A stretch of DNA of 64,000 bases from NCBI GenBank assembly GCA_964291265.2, contig OZ219747.1, positions 4,224,001 to 4,288,000 on the forward strand, given 5' to 3'. The stretch's first letter is position 1; every line of letters begins with the position of its first letter. Under the pieces are notes generated by a model that saw only the letters and a list, made by a program, of their open reading frames with translations, was not told the origin of the DNA and ran no database searches. The position numbers were made by a program, and so were the translations under genes. This stretch comes from Alphaproteobacteria bacterium. GTDB lineage: Bacteria > Pseudomonadota > Alphaproteobacteria > SP197. Below, one piece after another: positions 1 to 10,367 of the stretch.

Positions 1-220
1 CGACCTTGCCTTCCCGCCCCAGGCGGACATGTTCCTCCTCGGGTTCGCCCAGACTGCGGGTCAGGTCGAGCTGGGCCCCGTCACCACAGGCCACGCTCGG
101 CACATGAATGAAGGAATACCGGTCGATGAGCCGCCGCAGCGCGGCGATGTCGAGTGCTTCCATCGAGGAGCACTCGATCTTCACGCCGAACTCGGCGTGC
201 AGCGGAGTCAGATTCTTCAT
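1..220 (-). CDS. TauD/TfdA-family Fe(II)/2-oxoglutarate dioxygenase, N-terminal part (runs off window)
   Basis: Hand translation MKNLTPLHAEFGVKIE...LRRLIDRYSFIHVP...QLDLTRSLGEPE resembles TauD/TfdA N-termini; GGAGG RBS upstream; catalytic motifs lie outside the window. Confidence 0.55.
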   Translation of the reverse strand, partial: MKNLTPLHAEFGVKIECSSMEALDIAALRRLIDRYSFIHVPSVACGDGAQLDLTRSLGEPEEEHVRLGREGKV

Positions 221-254
221 GTCACCTCCGTAGTCACGCCAGATCAGTGATCGG

Positions 255-1496
255 TCACCATGTCCAGGTTTCATCCATGGGGTAGGTATCCAGGCGTTCG
301 TATCCGGTCTCGGTAACGAGAATCTGCTGTTCGAGCTTGACCGATTCGCGCCCACCCTCGGTGCCGACCAGTGATTCGACGCAGAGCACCATGCCCGGGT
401 GAACGATGCCGTCATAGCCGCGTTCGGCGAAGTCCTCCCGGTGGGCAATGGCGGGATACTCGTCGACCAGGCCGACACCGTGGGCAATGATGCCATATCG
501 GCTGGCGAGGAACTCTTCGGGGATGAGCCATGCGTTCTCGGCCCACTCCCGGAACGACAGTCCCGGTTTCAGCAGTTCCCTGTTGTGCTCGAGCTGTTCC
601 ATGGCAGCCATGTAGAGCCGTTGCTGCTCGTTGGTGGGACGGGAATCGCAGATCCACGCCCGCGAGATGTCCGAACAGTAGCCGTAGGGTCCCACGAGAT
701 CGGTGTCGAAACTCACCATGTCGCCCTTCTCGATCACCCTCATGGAGCACTCCTGCATCCAGGGGTTGGTGCGCGGCCCCGACGACAGAAGGCGGGTCTC
801 GATCCATTCGCCGCCTTCGGCGATATTGGCCTCGTGCAGCTTTGCCCACAGGGCGTTTTCGGTGATGCCGGGCCGCAGGTTCTCGCGCATCGCGCGGATT
901 CCCTTCTCGGATGCCTCGATGGCGCAGCGCATCAGGACGATTTCCTCGGGCGTCTTGATCTTGCGCGCCTCCTCCATCAGCGCAAATCCGTCATGGATGT
1001 CGAGATTCTCGTTGACGAGCGCGTGATGGAGGTCGGCGCCCATGCGGTCGATGCCGATTCGCCGATTGCCGGCCCCGTGCTCGCGCACCACGTCGGCGAT
1101 TTCCCGTGCACATTGCAGGGCATGTTCGGCGACCCGGCTACCGGACGTGAAGTATGTGGCCGCGCGGGCCGGCCGCCGCTCGCTGATTCCCGGATATCCC
1201 CGGGTGAGATGGTCGCCATGGCCGAACTCGAAGAGGATGACCGGACCGTCCGTCGCCACGAAGCAGTAGCGCACCTCGTTGTGCAGGCACCATACCTGCA
1301 TGTTGGTCGCATCGATGGCGTAGCGCACATTGAGCTGGTCGAAGAGCAGGACCCCGGCGAGGTCGCTGCGGGCGAGCTGGCGGTGAACGTTGGCAAGGCG
1401 GTCGCGCCGGACCTTGTCGAGATCGACTGGTGCCTCGCTGCCTTCCATGGCACCACGCTGCACGGCTTCGGCTGCCGAAATGCGAGAAGAGGTCAT
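255..1496 (-). CDS. dddP: M24 peptidase-fold protein, DddP-like (DMSP lyase-like)
   Basis: NVRYAIDATNMQVW, NPWMQEC, DTDLVGPYGYCSDISR, HGVGLVDEYP, CVESL..SVKLEQQ; start moved to ATG 1496 because the longer ORF overlaps a tRNA. Confidence 0.7.
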   Translation of the reverse strand: MTSSRISAAEAVQRGAMEGSEAPVDLDKVRRDRLANVHRQLARSDLAGVLLFDQLNVRYAIDATNMQVWCLHNEVRYCFVATDGPVILFEFGHGDHLTRGYPGISERRPARAATYFTSGSRVAEHALQCAREIADVVREHGAGNRRIGIDRMGADLHHALVNENLDIHDGFALMEEARKIKTPEEIVLMRCAIEASEKGIRAMRENLRPGITENALWAKLHEANIAEGGEWIETRLLSSGPRTNPWMQECSMRVIEKGDMVSFDTDLVGPYGYCSDISRAWICDSRPTNEQQRLYMAAMEQLEHNRELLKPGLSFREWAENAWLIPEEFLASRYGIIAHGVGLVDEYPAIAHREDFAERGYDGIVHPGMVLCVESLVGTEGGRESVKLEQQILVTETGYERLDTYPMDETWTW

Positions 1497-1533
1497 GTTG
1501 TCCGATCTCCCGTGCTGCCCCGAGGAGCAGTTG

Positions 1534-1609
<76 letters not shown>

Positions 1610-1674
1610 CCGTGATGGCAGCGAGCCCTTTCCTGAACCCGCACGTGATGCTGACCGTCTGCAAGGCCGAACCG

Positions 1675-1974
1675 TCAGCTGCCCGGCCTCTCCCAGCGGA
1701 AATTGTCCGCATAGGACTTCGGCCTGACCTTCCTGCTGCGTCTTTCGATCACGCTGTAGCTGATGCCATGGCGTTCCGCATAGGCCACGGCCGCATCGCG
1801 GGTCTCGAACCACAGTCTGATCTCGTCGGCCATCATGTCGGACGATCCTGTCCAGCCGGTCAGGGAGTCGACCGGTTTCGCTGCAGACGGGACGTACTCG
1901 AGAAGCCAGCGGCGGGTTCCGGCGCGTCCCGACTGCATGGCCGTCTTGGCCGGGCAGTAGATTCTCGCGGTCAT
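1675..1974 (-). CDS. ETC complex I subunit-like protein (NDUFS4 family)
   Basis: ARIYCPAKTAMQSG...W.LEY...LTGWTGSSDM...SYADNF. Confidence 0.9.
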   Translation of the reverse strand: MTARIYCPAKTAMQSGRAGTRRWLLEYVPSAAKPVDSLTGWTGSSDMMADEIRLWFETRDAAVAYAERHGISYSVIERRSRKVRPKSYADNFRWERPGS

Positions 1975-2006
1975 CGGCGTTTCCTCCGGAAAGGGCGGTC
2001 ATGATG

Positions 2007-2083
2007 TGGTCGGGGCGGCTGGATTCGAACCAGCGGCCCCCTGCTCCCAAAGCAGGTGCGCTACCGGACTGCGCCACGCCCCG
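2007..2083 (-). tRNA. tRNA-Pro (TGG)
   Basis: Reverse complement CGGGGCGTGGCGCAGTCCGGTAGCGCACCTGCTTTGGGAGCAGG...GGTTCGAATCC...CCGACCA. Confidence 0.95.
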
Positions 2084-2117
2084 TACATCGCTTTCTTGGC
2101 CTTGACCGACAGCAACG

Positions 2118-3248
2118 TCAAGTGCCAGCCAATGTCTGCTCCAGGAGATCCCCCATGACTGCCGTGAGAGCCGCCTCGCCCCCGGCGTCGCCGCCGGCCT
2201 CGTGGAAGACCGATCGCTGGCGTTCCGCCGACGTTCCCCTGGAGGCGATCGTGCGGCTGTGTTCGACCTCGGCCCGGCAACCGAGGGCATGAGCGTCGTC
2301 GCCCACCAGCCCGATCAGTTCATCGAGGAGTTCCTCGAAGGGAACCAGCTTTCGCTTGCCGAAATCCACCAGTTCACTGCGCACGCCAAAACGCTGCGCC
2401 AGCCACCGGTTCTCCTCGACCAGGATGTTGGGGTACTCACGCCACGCCTGATTCGCCAGGCGCAGACGGAAGAGCATGCGCAGGATGCACTGGAAGAGTG
2501 CGGCCACGGCAAGGGCATCCTCGATATCGGGACAGACGTCGCAGATGCGCATCTCCAGTGTCGGGAACCGGGCGCTTGGACGCAGGTCCCACCAGATCTT
2601 GGTGCCGTCTTCAAGAAGGCCGGAACTCGTCATGTGCCGGACCAGGCGCTCGTACTCGGACCAACTCTGCAGCCTGTCGGGAAGGCCCGTGCGCGGCAGG
2701 CTGTCGAACACGGCGAGGCGGTAGGAACTGAGACCGGTATCGCGGCCCTGCCAGAAGGGCGACGACGTGGTCAGGCACAGAAGGTGTGGCAGGAAGTACT
2801 TTGCCTGGTTCATCAGGTCGATGCGTGTCTCCGCGTCATCGATTCCGATGTGGACATGCATGCCGCAAATCAGCAGTCGACGCGCCACCGCCTGATGGTC
2901 CCGCGCCAGACCCTCGTAGCGTTCCTTGGGGGTGTAGTCCTGTTCGCGCCAGTCGCCGAAGGGGTGCGTCGAACAGGCAACGGGAGCGAGCCCGTGGCGC
3001 CCGGCGATCCGCGCAACACCGCTTCTCAGACGCTTGAGTTCTTCGCGCGCGTCACCGATGCGGCGGCACACCTTCGTCTCGATCTCCACCTGTGCGCACA
3101 GAAATTCCGTCGTCACCTGTTCACCGAGTTCATCGACACACTCACCGATCAATGTCTCCGGCACATCGCGGGCGAGCGCACCGCTGGCAACGTCGACGAG
3201 GTGGTACTCCTCCTCGATGCCGATGGTGAAATCCGGGTCGGCGATCAT
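2118..3248 (-). CDS. Carboxylate-amine ligase (YbdK / glutamate--cysteine ligase family 2)
   Basis: FTIGIEEEY, CGMHVHIG, SSPFWQGRDTG, IWWDLRPSARFPTLEMRICD, ENRWLAQRFG. Confidence 0.9.
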   Translation of the reverse strand: MIADPDFTIGIEEEYHLVDVASGALARDVPETLIGECVDELGEQVTTEFLCAQVEIETKVCRRIGDAREELKRLRSGVARIAGRHGLAPVACSTHPFGDWREQDYTPKERYEGLARDHQAVARRLLICGMHVHIGIDDAETRIDLMNQAKYFLPHLLCLTTSSPFWQGRDTGLSSYRLAVFDSLPRTGLPDRLQSWSEYERLVRHMTSSGLLEDGTKIWWDLRPSARFPTLEMRICDVCPDIEDALAVAALFQCILRMLFRLRLANQAWREYPNILVEENRWLAQRFGVRSELVDFGKRKLVPFEELLDELIGLVGDDAHALGCRAEVEHSRTIASRGTSAERQRSVFHEAGGDAGGEAALTAVMGDLLEQTLAGT

Positions 3249-3258
3249 CGGGGTCCCT

Positions 3259-4275
3259 TCAGTAGCCGAGTTCGGGTCGCACGACATTGCGAAGCCCTTC
3301 GCCCGCCACGAACCGACGCATGTTGTCGAAGAAGATGGCGAGAGTCGTCTCGACGTAGGTCTCGCCATCGTCGGCGGAGATGTGGGGCATCACCATCAGG
3401 TTGGGGGTCGTCCACAGGGGAGAGTCCGCCGGCAGGGGTTCCGGGTCGAAGACATCGAGTATGGCGCCCGAGAGATGACCGCTCTCCAGCAGCTCGACGA
3501 CCGCGTCATGGTCTACCGTGGCGGCACGGCCGATGTTGATGAGACCGGCGCCCGGTTTCAGGGCCTGAAGTCGGTTGCGGTCGATGAGCCCGACGGTCTC
3601 GGGCGTGGCTGGAACGCACACCAGAACATGATCGGCCTCGGGAAGGAGGGTGTCGAGGTCTCGAGACGTTCCCATCCTCTCCACCGAGGGATGGGGTCTT
3701 CCATGCCGGCTGATTCCGAGAACTCTCAATCCGGCGCCGTGCAGGCGGTCGGCTGCTCCACCTCCGAGGCTGCCGACGCCGACGATGAGCACCGTCGTCC
3801 CCTCCACCGGTGTCGCGTAGAGCGAGGTCCAGACCTTGCGGCGCTGGTTGGTGGCGATGGCGGGAATGCGGGAGTGCAGCATGAGAACGGCCATGAGGGC
3901 GAAGTCGCCTGCCTTCCTTGTCTGGGCGCCCTTGTTGTTGGTGACCAGCACACCTTCCGGAATCCAATCCATGGGGCAGAGATGCTCCACGCCGGCACCG
4001 ATGATGTGGATCCACTTGAGGTTGGGCGCCACCACCGCCAGGTTCTCCGTCGGCAGGTCCCAGCACATCAGGACCTCGGCCGTCCTCATTGCCTCGGCGA
4101 AGTTCTCGGTATCCCAGTCGATCGTGGTCAAGAGCCTGTGCTTCAGGTCGGGCCACGACTCCAGCGCCGCATCATAGCGCCTTCGCGTCGTGGTGAAGAC
4201 CGGTTCTGCCTCAGGCGTTGGCGGAAAGGTAGCGGGATGGGCGCGGTTGTTCTTGACGTGAACCCGGATCGTCAT
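3259..4275 (-). CDS. D-2-hydroxyacid dehydrogenase family protein
   Basis: GAGVEHL, GVGSLG Rossmann motif, LINIGRA, AILDVFDPEPLP, MPHIS. Confidence 0.9.
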   Translation of the reverse strand: MTIRVHVKNNRAHPATFPPTPEAEPVFTTTRRRYDAALESWPDLKHRLLTTIDWDTENFAEAMRTAEVLMCWDLPTENLAVVAPNLKWIHIIGAGVEHLCPMDWIPEGVLVTNNKGAQTRKAGDFALMAVLMLHSRIPAIATNQRRKVWTSLYATPVEGTTVLIVGVGSLGGGAADRLHGAGLRVLGISRHGRPHPSVERMGTSRDLDTLLPEADHVLVCVPATPETVGLIDRNRLQALKPGAGLINIGRAATVDHDAVVELLESGHLSGAILDVFDPEPLPADSPLWTTPNLMVMPHISADDGETYVETTLAIFFDNMRRFVAGEGLRNVVRPELGY

Positions 4276-5606
4276 GCCGGCAGCCCGTTCGCTTCCAGAT
4301 CCTTCAGTGCGGCGATGACATAAGCGTCCCGCTCGTCGGGCGCCAGGGACTCGGCGGCGAACTGGAGTTCCATCACCGCCATGCCGACACGCCTCAGGAA
4401 CGCTTGGTCGTCACCGTTGGCAGGGAGGCGCAGAACCGTGTCGCCACCGTAGGTTGGCACCGTCGAAGCCCACGTGGAGGTGACATGGGAAGGTTCGCCG
4501 CCCTCCTGTAGGGCGGCGACGATGTGGCGCATGCGGCGGCGGCAGAGGGTGATGCCGCGGTCACTGGGAACAAGGTTCTCACGGTCATGTTCCGTAATCG
4601 CACCCATGCCCTCGGTGGCCTCGGCATCTGCCGGAAAACGCTGACGTTCCTCGTACGGCCTGTCGAACAACTCCCCCTGTTCGATGAGCTCCGGTCCCCC
4701 GGACGTGTTGCAAGTCTCCGGGTCTCCGCGTTCGCCGAAGATCGCCCAGGCAAGGCAGGTGGTGTCGTGATCATCCACCGGCACCACCCAGCGGGCGAAG
4801 GACGTGCGGCCAAAGTAGCGCTGTCGTGTGCCATCGGCCGCAAATGCCGCTCCGGCCTGGGTGAAGTTCGGCAGGACGAGTTCATTGACGCGGACCCAGA
4901 CATTGTCGTCGACCCGCCTCGTCGCCGTACCGAGAAATCCCGAGGGTCTCTCGTAGAACTTCATCTCGCCAATCTCGCCGAAGCCGCGGCTGAACTGCTC
5001 GCGGCTCATGCGGGAATGAAGGAAGGCGGTGTGGAGCGGGTCGAGAATGGCGTCGAGAACCTGCAACCAGTTGCAGCGGAAGGGTGCCCTGTAGGGCACC
5101 AGGACGTGTCCCGGCATTTCCAGGGTGTCATAGACGGGAAAGTCCGGCACGTGTTCGGGAGGACCGAGATAGGCGAAGACCAACCCCTTGTACTCCTTCA
5201 CCGGATAGGAGCCGAGACGAATCGAGGATCGGATCCTCTCTTCCACGCCGTCCGGCTGGCCAGGCACCTCCAGGATGGTCCCGTCGATATCGAAGAGCCA
5301 GCCGTGGTAACAGCACCGGATGCCGCCATCCTCGCAGACGCCGAACTCCAGGGAGGCACGGCGATGCGGGCAGTTCCTGTGAACCAGTCCGTAACGCCCG
5401 CTCGTATCGCGAAACAGCACCAGGTCCTCACCGAGAATGCGTATGCGCCCCGGCATGCGCCCGACCTCCTCAGCCATGGCCACAGGATGCCAGTAGCGTC
5501 GCAGGTATTCGCCGGCCGGCGTTCCCGGACCGACACGGACCAGCAGTTCGTCATGACCTCCCGGGCCGGTGCGCCGGTATCCATCGAAGGGCACTGAAGT
5601 CATCAT
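4272..5606 (-). CDS. Rieske aromatic ring-hydroxylating oxygenase alpha subunit (phthalate 4,5-dioxygenase-like)
   Basis: VGPGTPAGEYLRRYWHP, Rieske CPHR...CCYHGW, mononuclear Fe motif DPLHTAFLH; start uncertain. Confidence 0.88.
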   Translation of the reverse strand: MMTSVPFDGYRRTGPGGHDELLVRVGPGTPAGEYLRRYWHPVAMAEEVGRMPGRIRILGEDLVLFRDTSGRYGLVHRNCPHRRASLEFGVCEDGGIRCCYHGWLFDIDGTILEVPGQPDGVEERIRSSIRLGSYPVKEYKGLVFAYLGPPEHVPDFPVYDTLEMPGHVLVPYRAPFRCNWLQVLDAILDPLHTAFLHSRMSREQFSRGFGEIGEMKFYERPSGFLGTATRRVDDNVWVRVNELVLPNFTQAGAAFAADGTRQRYFGRTSFARWVVPVDDHDTTCLAWAIFGERGDPETCNTSGGPELIEQGELFDRPYEERQRFPADAEATEGMGAITEHDRENLVPSDRGITLCRRRMRHIVAALQEGGEPSHVTSTWASTVPTYGGDTVLRLPANGDDQAFLRRVGMAVMELQFAAESLAPDERDAYVIAALKDLEANGLPA

Positions 5607-5722
5607 GCAGAGGGCGACATTGACGTGTTCCGACCACCGATGATTCACCACGCCATCGTCGAATACAACCTTCCCTGGAGCATTGACAGGGTGACAGCTC
5701 CGGGCTAGGTTGCGGTCACAGG

Positions 5723-5798
5723 GTCCCCATCGTCTAGCGGCCTAGGACATCGGCCTCTCACGCCGAAAACAGGGGTTCGAGTCCCCTTGGGGACGCCA
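5723..5798 (+). tRNA. tRNA-Glu (CTC)
   Basis: GTCCCCATCGTCTAGCGGCCTAGGACATCGGCCTCTCACGCCGA...GGTTCGAGTCCCCTTGGGGACGCCA. Confidence 0.95.
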
Positions 5799-6376
5799 CA
5801 AACAGCGGCCATGTGGCCGTCGGTCTCATGGCTGACATGATACCGATGCCAGCGGCGGAAGCAATCCCCGCCGATTCCACCCTTGGCCTGACGGCACCCA
5901 ACGCAACGGGAGCGCCGCACGAATCCGGAAATCTCAAGGGCAGGCAGGCCCCGCATTGACGTGCGGAAGCTGTTTGACACGAAGCCCATCCCTTTCTCGT
6001 GCGGCGCCCTTCTCGAAGGGGATTCGCAGGATGAATACGCAGGGAACCGAACCTGACAACACCACTCGCGGCATGCGGTGCAACACCCCTCAAGACACGT
6101 GCAGCGGCTCTCGCCGGCGTCTGTTTCGACGGGTTTCCCGACGGCGCCGCGCGTCAGGATCCTCCCGCCGCTCTCCACCGCGGGCGGCCTGGACTGCGGG
6201 CTCAAGCGGCACGCGGCAAGCCTGGTGCAGGGTTGTTCCGCTGACAGGCCAGCGTCACGACAAGCGCAATGGTGCCGCGACCTGATCAACCGCACTCGCT
6301 TCTCGATTGATCGCGTGGACGTGCCGGAAGAGCCTCGCATCCCTGTTTCCGGCATATGCCGCCTGCGGTGTCGGCG

Positions 6377-7228
6377 TCATTCGCTGATGGCAACCTGCAG
6401 GTTGCCCGCAACGGTCAGCGCACGTTTGGTGCCGATGTCGTGCAGGGCATCCAGCACGACACCGGCGAGGTGCGGATGGCGATTCGCGCATCGGCCGAGA
6501 AACACGATCACATCGTCATCCCAGACGGCCGCAACGGCCTCGATGACCTGCGGCGAGGGAGAACGCGAGAGTTCCCGGAGCAGGGGCTGGCGGGCTTGCG
6601 CGTCGCCGCGACGGCCGAGCGCGATACCGGCCAGACGGCGGATTCCGTCCGTCGGATCCTGCAGACCTTCCCGGAGACGGTCAATGGAAACGGCAGACCG
6701 AAGAGCGAGGCAGAACGCCGCACGGCGCACCGTGGCATCGTCATGGACAAGGAGCGGCTCGATGAACGTGGCAGGCAGGGCAAGTTCCGCCTGAACCGCC
6801 GCCTGCAACGCCGTGGGCAGGAGGGAACCGGGCAGTGTCCTTGACAGCACTATCCGCCTCAGCGCCGCATGTGGTGTCGCGCCGTCGAGCCGTGCGAGGG
6901 TGTCGATGACCGCCAGTTGCTGGCGATGCGGTTTGTTGGGACCGTATCCGGTGAAGTTCCGCCACAGTGCTTCAAGCGCCGGAACCGCCGCCGACAGGGA
7001 GCGTGCGACAATCTCGGAACACAGGGCATCGACATTCGACAGTCCAGCTCTTGGAAGCGCTTCAATCAGGTCCTCGTCCGTGAACTCCTCCAGGGGCGTC
7101 ACGGCCTCCGTCACAGGCGTGTCCGGAGCGTGACCGGACACGTCGTCATCGCGTGCGTCAAAGAGGTCCGGTTGAAAGGCAGGCGCATGCGGATCCGGAA
7201 ATCGCGATGAGGAGGGTGGCGGAGTCAT
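6377..7228 (-). CDS. HEAT-repeat-like hypothetical protein
   Basis: 283-aa ORF with HEAT-like helical repeats (LLVHDDATVRRAAF; LQDPTDGIRRLAGIALGRRGD). Confidence 0.6.
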   Translation of the reverse strand: MTPPPSSSRFPDPHAPAFQPDLFDARDDDVSGHAPDTPVTEAVTPLEEFTDEDLIEALPRAGLSNVDALCSEIVARSLSAAVPALEALWRNFTGYGPNKPHRQQLAVIDTLARLDGATPHAALRRIVLSRTLPGSLLPTALQAAVQAELALPATFIEPLLVHDDATVRRAAFCLALRSAVSIDRLREGLQDPTDGIRRLAGIALGRRGDAQARQPLLRELSRSPSPQVIEAVAAVWDDDVIVFLGRCANRHPHLAGVVLDALHDIGTKRALTVAGNLQVAISE

Positions 7229-8162
7229 CGTCGCGTCGACCTCAGGTGAGGCAACCGGACATCTGGAGACACTCCCTGACGGTGGTGTCCGCGAGCGCCG
7301 TGCGTCATCCCGTCACCGGCACGGCGCCTGCCCGGCGACACGACGATTGTCGCGGACATTCCGAATGGACTCCCGCACTGTGGCACAGCACGCATCGAGA
7401 GTGTGAAGGCAAAGAGTCGCATGAAGCGCCATGTGCCCTCTCTCGACACAGAAGGTCGGGATCAACCTGCCGGTCGCCTTGCGAACGCCGGTGCCTGCAG
7501 TGCACAGCGTACGATGGTTTCGGGTGCGCTCGAGAGCGTCGGCGCGACCGACCATCGGCTGGAAGATGTGTGTTTCCAGCACTGATTGCGCGATGCAGAA
7601 TTCCCGATCGTCGCCAGAGCCCGACAGAGCCTCGACCATCACGAGGTCTCCGGTGACAACTGCTTCCTTGTCGGGAATGCCGTCCGGAAGGGCCGCCGAT
7701 GCGGACCGGACAATCGACGGCCATCACCGGTCCCTCCGCCTCCCGTCGAAAAGGCCTTTCCAGTGGATCCGGCCACGCAAAGAGTGTACTCGGCCCTGTG
7801 GTCCCTGCCTGCATCAACAGGCGCTGGCCTTCCTCGACAGCTGTCTTCCCGACCCTGCATCCGCCCGATTCCATGACCTCCACCATATGAGTGTTGTCGA
7901 TGTCGATACACATTGTTGCTCTGGTCCGTCACGCTTTCCAGACCAGACCATGCACATTGCACGGCACTCACGAGGACTGTTCCGGGGCACCACCCTCATT
8001 CGGCTCTGTGGAGACGCGGGGTCGAGACCATGCGATGTACCGGCGCGTGGAGCGTTGGAGGCGTGGGGGCGTGCAGCCATCATCGTTCATGAGGCAGGAC
8101 TCAGCCTCCGGGCTTGAGGGCCGCGGAGGATTGCTGCACAAGGCGGAGGACGGCCCGGGAGG

Positions 8163-9281
8163 ATGCAACGGATGATCGGTTCCGCGCTCGAGACCCATTG
8201 CGCTCGCGTGGCCAGGGACGCTGCTTCCTGGGAAGGGACCAGACACTATCCCCTCGACGCGATGCGCGAGGCAGGCAGATCAGGGCTGACCGGCATGCTG
8301 ACGCCACGGGAGCAAGGCGGTCTCGGACTGACTCTGGGGGATGCCTGCGACATCGTCGCGCGATTGGCCGCCGAGGACTTCGGCCATGCCTTCGCTCTCA
8401 AGGTCCACGCCAACATGACGGCCAGCCTCGCCCGGTCCGCGAGGGAAGATCTCATCTCGCGCCATCTCGACGACCTCCTTCACGCAAGGCAAATTGGCGC
8501 CTTCCTCCTCACCGAGCCCGGTGCCGGCAGCGATGCGGCAGCCATCACCGCATCGGCGCGCCCCGACGGCGACCACTGGGTGCTGGAGGGAGAAAAGGCC
8601 TGGGTCACCAATGGCGTGGCTGCGGGAGTCCTGCTGGTCTTCCTGCAGACCAATCCATCCCAGGGGTGGCGTGGCGTCGCCGGATTCCTTGTCGACGCCG
8701 ACATCCCGGGCATTGCACGAACCGATCCCTACACGCTTCTCGGCGGCCATTCCGCCGGGCTGTGCGGATTCAGCTTTTCGTCGGCACGAGTGGATCAGGC
8801 AGCGATGATCCTCGCTCCCGGTGATGCCTTCCGGGCCGCGATGCGGGGCATCGATGCCGCGCGGACCGGGGTGGCCGCGATGTGCTGTGGCATGGTGGAG
8901 GCTGCCCTTGATCAGGCGCTCGATGCCGTGTCCTCCCGGGCCGCATTCGGCCGCATGATCGGTGATTTCCAGGGGGTGCAGTGGATGCTGGCCGATGTGG
9001 CAACGGAGCTCAGGGCGGCGCAATTGCTGACCCGCGATGCCGCCGCCGCCTTCGAGAGCGGCGAGGATGTCCAGGTGGCCTGTGCCCACGCCAAGAAGTT
9101 CGCCACACGGGTGGCCTGGAAAGCGATCAGCGACTGCATGCAGGTCATGGGCGCCCGGGGATTCCGTGGAGATGCCGGTGATTCCCTGACGCGCCATCTC
9201 GTCTGCGCCCGGATGGCCCAGTGGCTCGACGGCGCCACGGAGATTCAGAACGTCGTCATCGCCCGCAGCCTTGCGCGCTGA
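8163..9281 (+). CDS. Acyl-CoA dehydrogenase family protein
   Basis: FLLTEPGAGSD, GEKAWVTNG, RAAFGRMIGDFQGVQWMLAD, DGATEIQNVVIAR. Confidence 0.92.
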   Translation: MQRMIGSALETHCARVARDAASWEGTRHYPLDAMREAGRSGLTGMLTPREQGGLGLTLGDACDIVARLAAEDFGHAFALKVHANMTASLARSAREDLISRHLDDLLHARQIGAFLLTEPGAGSDAAAITASARPDGDHWVLEGEKAWVTNGVAAGVLLVFLQTNPSQGWRGVAGFLVDADIPGIARTDPYTLLGGHSAGLCGFSFSSARVDQAAMILAPGDAFRAAMRGIDAARTGVAAMCCGMVEAALDQALDAVSSRAAFGRMIGDFQGVQWMLADVATELRAAQLLTRDAAAAFESGEDVQVACAHAKKFATRVAWKAISDCMQVMGARGFRGDAGDSLTRHLVCARMAQWLDGATEIQNVVIARSLAR

Positions 9282-9295
9282 GGGAAGTCGTCACG

Positions 9296-10192
9296 TCAAC
9301 CGGTGGCTCTCGCCTCTCTCACGGTGTCGCAAGTCAGCAGCGCCATGGCAGCCAGCAACACCGTGGCGGCGCCCCAGACCGACACGTCGTGACGCTCACC
9401 GAAGATGACGATGCCCCAGGCAATTCCGGCGAACAGGGAGGTGAACACGCAGAAATTGACCAGCACTCCGCCGGTCCTGTTGATGAGCCAGAAGTAGAGA
9501 ACGATCTCGACAAGGCCGATCAGGGAAAAGAGCACGATTCCAACCTCGGCCGTGGTCCATGCGAGTCCGGGCCATGGTTCACCGAACACGATGACAAGGG
9601 GCGCGACGAGTACCATGGCGGCTGCCGCCTCGCCAAATCCGACCTGCCAGATATCGAAACCTGCCGGCCAGCACCTGTCCACATAGATCGATTCGACGCC
9701 GTAACAGAGCGGCACGAGGCCAACCAGCAGCATCCATTCCAGGAGCCCCATTCCCGGCAGGGAAAGTTGTGGCACCAGCACCATGACGGCGGCGGTCATG
9801 CCCAGCACCACCGCCACCAGCCTGGTGCGCGACAGCCGCTCTGTCCGGGCGAGAATCGCTACGGCGATCGAGATCATCGGCGTGAAGCAGACTATCAACG
9901 TGATGACGCCTGCCGGCAGGTACGGTGCGGCGTGGAGCACAGCAGCCAGGGGCAGGGCATAGCCGAGAAACCCGGTGATGGCGAAGAACTCCAGGGACTT
10001 GGCCGTCAGGCAAATCGGGCGCCGGCGCACCAGGACAATCACGAAGTAGCTGAAGCTGATGAGAAACATGGCGATGACCAGCACCGTCAACTCGTCGTAG
10101 CCTCCCTCGGCTGCGAGTTTCAGCATCGCGAACTGGGCACCCCATGCGGTACCCTGAACGATGACAGCGAAGACGTAGACGAGTTGCTGCAA
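9296..10192 (-). CDS. EamA/DMT family transporter
   Basis: About 10 hydrophobic segments, two EamA halves ending ILARTERL and VIFGE; start uncertain. Confidence 0.85.
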   Translation of the reverse strand: MQQLVYVFAVIVQGTAWGAQFAMLKLAAEGGYDELTVLVIAMFLISFSYFVIVLVRRRPICLTAKSLEFFAITGFLGYALPLAAVLHAAPYLPAGVITLIVCFTPMISIAVAILARTERLSRTRLVAVVLGMTAAVMVLVPQLSLPGMGLLEWMLLVGLVPLCYGVESIYVDRCWPAGFDIWQVGFGEAAAAMVLVAPLVIVFGEPWPGLAWTTAEVGIVLFSLIGLVEIVLYFWLINRTGGVLVNFCVFTSLFAGIAWGIVIFGERHDVSVWGAATVLLAAMALLTCDTVREARATG

Positions 10193-10367
10193 GAACCTGT
10201 GACCGCCGAGATCTCCTGGACGAGGGCGTGCTTGCCATGGCGGAAGGCGCATGACCATCCTGTCGGTCGTGTTGTCGCACCGGTGCCGCCGACACTCAAC
10301 ACCGGGGATGGATGTCGACCGGATCTCCAGCGATCCGGATCTGGAAGCAAGAGGAGACTGGAACCGC

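Noticed and set aside
5780-5798. att-site duplication of the tRNA-Glu 3' end
   Set aside because: No second copy noticed by eye and no adjacent integrase
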